DNA from: Victivallales bacterium
GTDB lineage: Bacteria > Verrucomicrobiota > Lentisphaeria > Victivallales > UBA1829
Length of the DNA: 32,000 nucleotides
Assembly: GCA_045589595.1 (NCBI GenBank)
Contig: JAZNPK010000043.1
Span: forward strand, 82,623 to 114,622
Direction of reading: 5' to 3'
Part shown: positions 7,377 through 15,107 of the stretch, piece by piece
Numbering within the stretch: the stretch's first letter is position 1
Layout of the letters: the number at the start of each line of letters is the position of its first letter
Notes under the pieces: model-generated
The model's input: the letters and a program-made list of their open reading frames with translations, nothing else
Told to the model about the DNA's origin: nothing
Database searches by the model: none
Translations under genes and position numbers: made by a program

Positions 7377-9272
7377 ATGAAAAAATTTTTTGACAGATAT
7401 TTGTTTTCGCGGATGGGACTTCAAATCGCTTTTTCTGTTTTGGCGATCCTGGCGTTTTCTGTATTGTTGACCTGCATCAAAAACGGCGCTACTGCTGCCG
7501 GAAATGATGCATCATACAGTCAGTTGTCGTGGGGATTCTGTCAACTGGCGGATGGCGGGTCCGTGACGACAACTCTGAAGGAACTTGATCAGATCCGCAT
7601 CGATGGCGGGAATGTGCCGGTTATACTTGTGATCGCATTGCTGTCATGGATCATCGGTATGATCCTGTGCGGTTTTGTCACCGGCGCGATCGTCAATGCC
7701 TTTGATGGCAGAAGAGACAAGATCAAATCCGGGCAGACACGCTACAAATTCAAAGATCACGGTCTGATCCTCGGCTGGGGGGGACAGGGAGTCGCTGTCG
7801 TTCAGAGTATGCTGCAGCCGCAGAAGATGATCAATGAGGTCCTCATCGTTTCGGAAACGCCTGCCGGAGAAATCACTGCCACGCTGAAGAAGATCCTGAA
7901 CGCATCTCAGTTGAGAAATATTTATATCTACAACTGCTCCGTCGATGTCATGGATAATATCAGGAAACTTCAGGCAGAACTCGCCCGGACCATTGTCATT
8001 CTCGGCGAACAGAATCATGCGGATAAAGACGGGGAAGCATTGCATACGGAACAGCTTCTCCAGAAATATGTACGGGAAAAAATCACGGTAGATACAAAAG
8101 AACAATTTACAAATCTCCCGATCAAACTTTATCTTCACCTTGAGGATCCCGCGCTTTATCTGCATGCACGCTCGGAGGAAAACGGTTTTGTGGAAGACGA
8201 TATCATCGACATCGAACTGTGCAATTTCTACGAAAGCTGGGCGTGGTATTGCTGGTCCAAAGCCAATTCCGCCGATAATTCCGGTGCGCCTTATCTGCCC
8301 CTGCGGCACAAGCGCGGTTCAACCCGTGTGGAATTGTTTGTGATCGGCTCCGATCCCATGGCTCAGGCTCTGGTCAATTACGCGATCCCTCTCCTGAATT
8401 ACGGCGAAAACAGCAAACACAGGATCACACTCTTTGATGCCGATGGTGATGGTGAGGACTGGCTGCCGAAACGGCAGGTGGCTGATTCCCTGCCGGAGGT
8501 CGAGATCGTCAGCAAACGATGCAGCGGCGGCTCCAATGAAGCCGGCGATATCATATATGAGGCTGCTGTGCGTGAAGATACTTCCGTAACGGTCGTGATC
8601 GCTGTCCCCGGCGCAGATGCTGCGGTAAAAGCCTATGCTGCGTTGTCGCATCAGGTCCGCCGCAAGGATATCTCTGTGCTGATCCGGCAGTCAACCGAAT
8701 GTGCCAACTGTATCGGAAAAGGATTGCTCCAGACGTGCGGAGATCATGCAGAACTCCGTTATTTCGGCATGACGGATATCCTGCCGTGGATGGATTCGTC
8801 CCGTGGGGAATACGGCAGAGATATCAATTACAGTTACGAAACCGTTGCGGCTGTTGTTGCAAAAAGCGATTTGAAACAAATTGAACCACCGGAAAAGTTT
8901 TTGGAGATCCTGAACATTGCGTTGCAGTGTCCGTACGGAAAAGAACAGCAGGATGAAGCCGAAAAACAGTGGCAGGGGATCCTGCGCTGGAAACGCTGGT
9001 CAAGCATCAGCACCGGTGACAGTTTCAAGGAAAAGGCATTTGCATTCCCCGATTGTACATCCAATGCGGAAAACTGCGTTGTTTTTCTGCGGGCGGAGCA
9101 TAACCGCTGGTGGGCTGAACGCCTGTTGGCGGGCTGGTGTTTTGCTGAAAAAAGAGACAATAAAGAATTTTTGCATCCGATGCTGACTGAGTTTGAAAAA
9201 CTGAGCGCAGAAACACAGTGTTATGATCTGCTCGGCATTGTCGCAATGAAAAATGCGGGATTATTGAAATAA
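7377..9272 (+). CDS. Membrane protein: 2-TM pore (CASTOR/POLLUX-like), two Rossmann/RCK-like domains and a C-terminal RyR domain
   Basis: TM1 is GLQIAFSVLAILAFSVLLTCI. A pore-loop-like segment YSQLSWGFCQLADGGSVTT carries ADGG at 7548-7559. TM2 is VPVILVIALLSWIIGMILCGFVTGAIVNAF. Rossmann motifs are GLILGWGGQGVAVV and VELFVIGSDPMAQAL. The C-terminal AEHNRWWAERLLAGWCFAEKRDNKEFLHPMLTEFEKLSAETQCYD is RyR-domain-like. ATG 7377 lies 7 nt after GGAG, and the track ORF begins at TTG 7335. Confidence 0.85.
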   Translation: MKKFFDRYLFSRMGLQIAFSVLAILAFSVLLTCIKNGATAAGNDASYSQLSWGFCQLADGGSVTTTLKELDQIRIDGGNVPVILVIALLSWIIGMILCGFVTGAIVNAFDGRRDKIKSGQTRYKFKDHGLILGWGGQGVAVVQSMLQPQKMINEVLIVSETPAGEITATLKKILNASQLRNIYIYNCSVDVMDNIRKLQAELARTIVILGEQNHADKDGEALHTEQLLQKYVREKITVDTKEQFTNLPIKLYLHLEDPALYLHARSEENGFVEDDIIDIELCNFYESWAWYCWSKANSADNSGAPYLPLRHKRGSTRVELFVIGSDPMAQALVNYAIPLLNYGENSKHRITLFDADGDGEDWLPKRQVADSLPEVEIVSKRCSGGSNEAGDIIYEAAVREDTSVTVVIAVPGADAAVKAYAALSHQVRRKDISVLIRQSTECANCIGKGLLQTCGDHAELRYFGMTDILPWMDSSRGEYGRDINYSYETVAAVVAKSDLKQIEPPEKFLEILNIALQCPYGKEQQDEAEKQWQGILRWKRWSSISTGDSFKEKAFAFPDCTSNAENCVVFLRAEHNRWWAERLLAGWCFAEKRDNKEFLHPMLTEFEKLSAETQCYDLLGIVAMKNAGLLK

Positions 9273-9308
9273 ACAGGAAATGATTAAAAACGAAGGAGAT
9301 ATTCCTGT

Positions 9309-11885
9309 ATGAGTGAAAAATATCAGATTTTTTTGAGTTATTCGCACAAAGATGCGAAAGATTACGGTATCGATTACATCACGGAGATCAAACGGCAGAT
9401 CGAGGAATCCATCGGCGAAAATGTATTTCTGGATGTGGATGCACTGAGGCTGGGCAACGCGTGGAACGCTAAAATACAGGGGCATCTGGACAGAAGCAAA
9501 GTTTTTATCTGTCTGCTCTCTGAAAATTATATCAAGTCTGAATACTGCACCCGTGAACGCTTGTGGTGGGCGCAGAAGGAAATGGCGAAAGGCAGATTTC
9601 AGAAAGCAACACTGCCCGTCTTTTATATTCAGATCAAAACAGAGGATGAAACGATCCTGCAACGCTGGGAGGAAATGCAGATCCTTCAGAATGATGTGCG
9701 CCCCTGGTTCCCCGAAGGTGCCGGTCAGGTTGCTGCAAAATTGGTCAGTGAGCGTCTGAAAACTGCCAAACTTCTCGCCCGGATCGACCAGATCAGCAAG
9801 GATGAAGACACATGTTCAAAAATCATTTGTTCCGTTCCGCCTTACAATCTGAATTTTGTGGGACGCATCAAAGATTTGAGTAATGTCCGGCAGATTTGTC
9901 AGCACAGCGGGATGGCTGCCGGCTCCATTCCGGTGATCCACGGCGAACCGGGCTGTGGAAAAAGTGAGATCGCCTTTGCTTACGCACACGGTTATGCTTC
10001 TGAATATCCCGGCGGGCTTTTTTTTGTTCCGATGGAGCATGTGACAGAATGGAGTATGGCGTGGCAGAAACTCTCAAATGAATATGATAATAAACGCTGT
10101 ATGGCGATTTATGAACTTCTGGGCTTGAAGAAGGACGACCGGAAACTGCCGCCGGAAGAATTTGCGAAGACGTTCGCCCGGCAGATGTGGATCCATGTTT
10201 CCGACAGCGGCCGTACATTGATCCTCCTGGATAATCTTGACTGTATGGAGCTCATTTCGGAGGGCGGTCTGAAAAGACTGTTTCCCAATGGCAGTATCCC
10301 GGAAAATCTGGATCTGATCGCCACTACCCGGAATACGCCCCATCCGCTCCAGAACAGTAAGGCGGTTCCCGTCCCCATCGGTGATCTCGGGGAAGAAGCC
10401 GCACTGGAACTTTTGCGTTTGCATTGTGAAGGATCGGATTTCAATCAGGCGCCGCCGATGGATGGTGATGAGACAGCTGCCGCAAAAGAACTGCTGAGGT
10501 TTCTGCAATATCACGCATGGTCTGTGGAGATCATCGCCGGGTATCTGGGGCAGGAATACCGTTACGGGGCAACACCCCGGACGATTTTGGAACAGCTGAA
10601 AGATAATTTTGAGATCAACACAAGATACAAAACGCTCCGGGAGATCCCCGACAGCATTGATGCCCTGCTGAATCCGACCATTGAACAGATCCGGAAACAG
10701 GAATTAGGCGGGGAGATCCTCGAATTGGCAAGCGCAGCTGCCATGTTTTCGCCGGATGCCGTGGGACTCGATCTGCTCAGAAAGTTCTGGATAAAGCGTT
10801 ATGGCGGTGTGACTTGCAGTAAAACGGACTCCTGGCTTTTTGCATGGGAGACCCTGAAAGATCATCACCTGCTTTCTGTGGAAAATAACGGCATTTCCCG
10901 TATGCACCGTCTGACACAAAATTACTTTTTGAAATTCGGTCAGAAAAAACAGAAGGGGTTTGCAGATGATATCAGAATCACCATAGAACAGACCCCAAAA
11001 TCCGATTTTAAAAAAGAGGATGCCGTGGCTGTTGCCGGCTTGGCAAAATTCATCCTTGCGCAATCGTGGAACGGGGAATTTTTACATTCCATTCCCAACT
11101 GGGTGGAAGATATTTTGCTGGAATGGTATTGCATTGATGACGCAAAAATCCTGCTGGATGAACTGGAAAAAATCGCCAATGACCATAAGGACGATGCTGA
11201 TCTGGCATATTCATTGATCAGTATCCGTGGAAAATTTTATGAACGATCCGGCAACTTTGCGCAGGCATTGGAGAAGTATCAGAACGCGCTGAAAACGGCT
11301 CAAAATGCCAAAGATGATCAGATGATCGCTGGTTCTTATCTTTGCATCGGAAATGTGTATTCTGATCTTGGCGACTTTGAAAAAGCGCTTGAGTTTTATA
11401 CCAAAAGTTTGGAAATCAAAAAACAAACCCTTCCGGAAAATCACCCCGATATCGCAGTCTCCTACAATAACATTGGAAATGTGTATTATAATCTTGGCGA
11501 GCATAAAAAAACGCTTGAGTTTTATACTAAAAGTCTTGAAATCCGGCAACAAACCCTTCCGGAAAATCATCCCGATATCGCAGTCTCCTACAATAACATC
11601 GGGTGTGTGTATTCTGATCTTGGCGAGCATAAAAAATCGCTTGAGTTTTATACCAAAAGTCTTGAAATCCGGCAACAAACCCCTCCGGAAAATCACCCCG
11701 ATATCGCAGACTCCTACTATAACATTGGGTTAGTGTACAAAAGGCTGAAAGACTATGAAAATGCATTGTTGTCCTTTACAAAGGCAAAAGAGATTTATGC
11801 AATCTGCTATGGCGTGGAACATCCGGAAACCGTTGACTGCAATAAACGCATAGAGGACATCAAAGGCGAAATTGCAGCCGGCTAA
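9309..11885 (+). CDS. TIR-NB-ARC-TPR STAND NTPase (bacterial TIR-NLR-like)
   Basis: TIR region: IFLSYSHKD...VFICLLSENYIKSEYCTRERLWW, with the conserved Glu (E83) at 9555-9557. P-loop GEPGCGKS at 9942-9965, Walker B LILLDNLD, and the NB-ARC-like LIATTRN. The C-terminus has at least five TPR units of kinesin-light-chain type (ALEFYTKSLEI..QTLPENHPDIAVSYNNIGNVY). RBS GGAG sits upstream of the ATG. Confidence 0.92.
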   Translation: MSEKYQIFLSYSHKDAKDYGIDYITEIKRQIEESIGENVFLDVDALRLGNAWNAKIQGHLDRSKVFICLLSENYIKSEYCTRERLWWAQKEMAKGRFQKATLPVFYIQIKTEDETILQRWEEMQILQNDVRPWFPEGAGQVAAKLVSERLKTAKLLARIDQISKDEDTCSKIICSVPPYNLNFVGRIKDLSNVRQICQHSGMAAGSIPVIHGEPGCGKSEIAFAYAHGYASEYPGGLFFVPMEHVTEWSMAWQKLSNEYDNKRCMAIYELLGLKKDDRKLPPEEFAKTFARQMWIHVSDSGRTLILLDNLDCMELISEGGLKRLFPNGSIPENLDLIATTRNTPHPLQNSKAVPVPIGDLGEEAALELLRLHCEGSDFNQAPPMDGDETAAAKELLRFLQYHAWSVEIIAGYLGQEYRYGATPRTILEQLKDNFEINTRYKTLREIPDSIDALLNPTIEQIRKQELGGEILELASAAAMFSPDAVGLDLLRKFWIKRYGGVTCSKTDSWLFAWETLKDHHLLSVENNGISRMHRLTQNYFLKFGQKKQKGFADDIRITIEQTPKSDFKKEDAVAVAGLAKFILAQSWNGEFLHSIPNWVEDILLEWYCIDDAKILLDELEKIANDHKDDADLAYSLISIRGKFYERSGNFAQALEKYQNALKTAQNAKDDQMIAGSYLCIGNVYSDLGDFEKALEFYTKSLEIKKQTLPENHPDIAVSYNNIGNVYYNLGEHKKTLEFYTKSLEIRQQTLPENHPDIAVSYNNIGCVYSDLGEHKKSLEFYTKSLEIRQQTPPENHPDIADSYYNIGLVYKRLKDYENALLSFTKAKEIYAICYGVEHPETVDCNKRIEDIKGEIAAG
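11385..11762 (+). repeat. Three tandem 126-bp (42-codon) near-identical units encoding TPR pairs
   Basis: Units start at 11385, 11511 and 11637, each beginning (g/a/t)CGCTTGAGTTTTATAC(C/T)AAAAGT. Long identical runs such as CCGGAAAATCA(C/T)CCCGATATCGCAG recur in each unit. A more diverged unit precedes them from about 11259. Confidence 0.85.
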
Positions 11886-12038
11886 CTGGTGGGAAAAACT
11901 CAAACGCCTGTTCCGGAAGCAGCCGGGCTCGAAGACGAATAAGTGAGACTTTGCGTGCCGAACTGGTACTATCAGCAGAAAAACCGTGTGAAAGCGCAAT
12001 TTGAAAACATCAAACTGATGTGCAAATGAGTTGACGGA

Positions 12039-12668
12039 TCACAGCCGTTCTCTGCAGAGATCGCCACAGCCGGATTTGCGGCAGGACTCTTTGCACAGAG
12101 CCACGATCAGCGCATGGTATTCTCTGTAAATGGTCACATCGGCAGTCAGCGCATCCATAAAGATTTTCTGCAGGGAATCATACGGCAGACTGCCGTCCAG
12201 CTCCAGATGCCGTTCTGCCACACGCCGGGTGTAGGCGTCGATCACAAATACCGGTTTGTCAAAAGCATAAAGCAGAATGCTGTCCGCCGTTTCCCGCCCG
12301 ACACCTTTGACAGCGAGCAGTTGTTTCCGCAACGCCCGTACATCACCGGACGCCGCAACAGCGTCCCCGTGATCCATGATAAATTGCGCCATCGCTTTGA
12401 GATAAGCACATTTCTGCGTGAAAAATCCAGCCGGACGGATCAATTCCTGCAATGCCGCATCCGGCATTTTCAGAACTTTCTGCGGTGACATGACATCTGC
12501 CGCAAGCAGACCGTTGATGGCTTTTTCCACATTGGTCCACGCCGTGTTCTGCGTCAGGATCGCCCCGGTGATGATCTCCCACTGTTCGCCGGATTGACAG
12601 GGCCACCAATTCTGCGGACCGAAGTGTGCAAGCAGAATATCAAAAAGGTGACGGATCGGCGTTGTCAT
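12039..12668 (-). CDS. Endonuclease III-related HhH-GPD protein (COG2231-like)
   Basis: GAILTQNTAW, the HhH LLAVKGVGRETADSILLYAF, VIDAYTRRV (Asp) and a C-terminal four-Cys cluster CKESCRKSGCGDLC. The start is taken at ATG 12668-12666, which overlaps the upstream stop as ATGA. The track's longer ORF to 12752 runs into the upstream gene. Confidence 0.8.
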   Translation of the reverse strand: MTTPIRHLFDILLAHFGPQNWWPCQSGEQWEIITGAILTQNTAWTNVEKAINGLLAADVMSPQKVLKMPDAALQELIRPAGFFTQKCAYLKAMAQFIMDHGDAVAASGDVRALRKQLLAVKGVGRETADSILLYAFDKPVFVIDAYTRRVAERHLELDGSLPYDSLQKIFMDALTADVTIYREYHALIVALCKESCRKSGCGDLCRERL

Positions 12669-14071
12669 AACTCGTTGCTGTTGAATATACTTATGCCATT
12701 CTCGCTGTGAACCGGGCGTTTCAGCGCGCATAGATGGTCCATGGCAGCGCAATATTCTGCGATGGAGGAAAATACCGGTTGGTAATCCCCAACGATTTTT
12801 TTCGCACGCGCTCCGCCTTTTTCCAGAAGCACACAGACGATCGCCGCCTGAACAACAGCAGGATCAAACACAGCATATTCGGGATATTTTATTTCGCAGT
12901 CCGCCCCGTGGCAGCCGCCGCCCATACCCGAAGAAAACGGCTGGATCACCGGCATCACCGCGCCCACATTTCCCATATCCGAGCCGCCGCGGTTCTGTAT
13001 CGTTCTGCTCCGGTCGAAGCAGACATTTTCCTTTCCGAAGAGGTCGCACCCGACTTCGTATGCAATGTTTTGAAAGTCCGGGCAGTCGCAATCCTTTTCG
13101 GGGATATACATTTCCAGATCTTCGATTTCGACATCTGCGCCAACGGCAAGGGCTCCCGCCGCGTATGCTCTGTTGATCTTTTCATTGATATCTTTCAGCA
13201 CATGGTAATCGTTGGCGCGGACATTGGATTCCACAACTGCTTTGCCGGGAATGAATTGCGGCGTTGTGCCCGCTCCGGTGATCACGGCGGAGTGCCGGAC
13301 AAGGCAGTCTTCAGGGAACACTTCCCGGAGAGAATTGATGGCGTTCAGGGCGATCTGTGCCGCAGAAAGCGCATTCACGCCGCCGGTCGGATAAGCACCG
13401 CTGTGACATTTGCTGCCGTAATAAGTGACCCGCTTGGCAATGATCCCGTTTGTGCCGGGCGCGATACGGAGTTTATGATTTCTGCCCGCATCCGTGTGGA
13501 TCATCAGCGCAAGATCCACACCGTCAAAAAAGCCCCGGCGCATAAATTCGCTTTTGCCGGAAATACTTTGGAGCGTGCCTTCCGCTTTCATTGCGGATCT
13601 GTCGGAAAGTTCGATCAGTTCCTCGGCGGGGACTGCCATAATGCGTATTCTGCCGCAAAGTTCCGGCAGGATCCCCGGCTCTTTCAACACCGCCGCAACG
13701 CCGAGCAGTGCTGCCGACTGACAATTATGACCGCAGGCGTGAACTGCCCCCGTCTCCGGATCGCTCTCCGGGTGTTCGGGCAGGATGATGCTGTCCATTT
13801 CAGCAAGTACCGCAACCGTGGGACCTTCTTTACCCGTATCGATATCGAAGAAAAATCCGGGGATATTCCCAGCGTCCACAGGCTTGAAACCCAGCGCCGT
13901 ATATTTCTCCCGGAGATAATCGTGGGCGATCCATTCTTTGAATCCCGTCTGGGGGTGGGACCAGATAAATTTTTCCGCGTCGTACATCATCCCGCGGTAT
14001 TTTTCCATTTCCCGCGAGACGATCTCCGGCCATTTGCTGTTTTTTTCTTCCATTGCGGTCTTTACTTCCAT
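12665..14071 (-). CDS. M20-family amidohydrolase/peptidase (AbgB or hippurate-hydrolase-like)
   Basis: The metal-ligand context GAVHACGHN, AEMDSI and VPAEE match M20D-type amidohydrolases. 468 aa. Confidence 0.8.
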   Translation of the reverse strand: MEVKTAMEEKNSKWPEIVSREMEKYRGMMYDAEKFIWSHPQTGFKEWIAHDYLREKYTALGFKPVDAGNIPGFFFDIDTGKEGPTVAVLAEMDSIILPEHPESDPETGAVHACGHNCQSAALLGVAAVLKEPGILPELCGRIRIMAVPAEELIELSDRSAMKAEGTLQSISGKSEFMRRGFFDGVDLALMIHTDAGRNHKLRIAPGTNGIIAKRVTYYGSKCHSGAYPTGGVNALSAAQIALNAINSLREVFPEDCLVRHSAVITGAGTTPQFIPGKAVVESNVRANDYHVLKDINEKINRAYAAGALAVGADVEIEDLEMYIPEKDCDCPDFQNIAYEVGCDLFGKENVCFDRSRTIQNRGGSDMGNVGAVMPVIQPFSSGMGGGCHGADCEIKYPEYAVFDPAVVQAAIVCVLLEKGGARAKKIVGDYQPVFSSIAEYCAAMDHLCALKRPVHSENGISIFNSNEL

Positions 14072-14087
14072 TCTTCAGGGTGTCAGC

Positions 14088-15104
14088 TCAAATCCGGATC
14101 ACACCGGATGCGGCAAGTGTGACTTCATGGACCGTATAGTCGTGCTGCCGGGTGTAATCGTCGGGTCTCTCACCGCGTGCCATCGCCACAAAGTCCTGCA
14201 GCTGAACTTCATAGCGGTCGGCAACAGGACCGAATTTCAGCGTATGGATATCGGATTCATATTTCCCGAAAGGTTCTTTCAGGGAAAGACGGACTTCGAT
14301 CTCTTTTCCGTCGTAGCGTTCCACCGGAGAAAACTCAATGGAGCCTTTTGTGCCGCCGATGCGGAGACGCCTGCTCATGCCCCAGTCGCGGCTGCATACC
14401 GTGACGACCGCGTGTGCGTGGGGATATTCCAGCACGGCAACACCGTTGTTCAGGGATCTGTCGCCCGGACATGCCGGTTTCAGAAACGGATGAACATGCT
14501 CCGGACGCCCCAGCATCGTTACGATGTAATCGATCAGATGACAGCCCAGATTGAACATGATCCCGCCTTTGAAATTGGGGAGATATTCCTGATTGTATTC
14601 CGCACCGCCGTAACAGTGATTCATATCTGCCTGAATCTCAAAGATATCCCCCAGCATCCCGTTTTTTATGGCATCAATGGCAAAACGGATGGCGGGATTT
14701 CCCCGGAACATATACCCCATCTGGAAAGGCAGATTCTGTTTTTCGCACAGATCCAGCAGTTTTTTATAGGCGGCAAGATCTTCGCCGCAGGGTTTGTCAA
14801 CATGCATCGGGATGCCCCGTTCCGCAAACTTCATGGCAACAGGAACAAGATCCAGGTTCGGGACTTCGATCAGCACGCCGTCCGGTTTTTCTTCGTTCAA
14901 TGCCTGATCTAGCGTGATGAACCGTTCCCCTTTGTAACTTTCAAACTCATCAGCGCCGATAAATTTGGGTGTCCGGGCAAACTCCCGGTCGTCCACCACG
15001 CCGACGACTTCGATGGTGTCCTTCATGCGTTTCAATGTGCTGTATTTACCGAGAGCATGCTCATGGGAGACACCGATCTGGATCATCCGGAATTTCTTTT
15101 CCAT
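14088..15104 (-). CDS. Gfo/Idh/MocA family oxidoreductase
   Basis: N-terminal Rossmann region (FRMIQIGVSHEH...VVGVVD), HVDKP in the EKP position, and the family-typical C-terminal domain. It lies 16 nt upstream of the M20 gene and 3 nt downstream of the MDR gene. Confidence 0.8.
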   Translation of the reverse strand: MEKKFRMIQIGVSHEHALGKYSTLKRMKDTIEVVGVVDDREFARTPKFIGADEFESYKGERFITLDQALNEEKPDGVLIEVPNLDLVPVAMKFAERGIPMHVDKPCGEDLAAYKKLLDLCEKQNLPFQMGYMFRGNPAIRFAIDAIKNGMLGDIFEIQADMNHCYGGAEYNQEYLPNFKGGIMFNLGCHLIDYIVTMLGRPEHVHPFLKPACPGDRSLNNGVAVLEYPHAHAVVTVCSRDWGMSRRLRIGGTKGSIEFSPVERYDGKEIEVRLSLKEPFGKYESDIHTLKFGPVADRYEVQLQDFVAMARGERPDDYTRQHDYTVHEVTLAASGVIRI

Positions 15105-15107
15105 CGT

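Noticed and set aside
11385-11762. Possible CRISPR-like or other non-coding repeat array
   Set aside because: The units are contiguous 126-bp repeats with no spacers. They lie in-frame within the TIR-STAND CDS and encode TPR helices.
11211-11766. ORFs 11211-11696 (-), 11353-11733 (+) and 11527-11766 (-) with internally repetitive translations
   Set aside because: They are alternative-frame readings of the 126-bp TPR-coding tandem repeat. The repetitiveness comes from the DNA repeat and is not independent coding.
11886-12038. Expected terminator between the convergent TIR-STAND and EndoIII-like genes
   Set aside because: I found only 4-bp stems (CCGG...CCGG) and no T-tract. I could not support an intrinsic terminator here.
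12734-14912. Plus-strand ORFs of 462 aa (12734-14122) and 324 aa (13938-14912)
   Set aside because: They are antisense to the M20 amidohydrolase and Gfo/Idh/MocA genes, which have clear family motifs. These are shadow ORFs.
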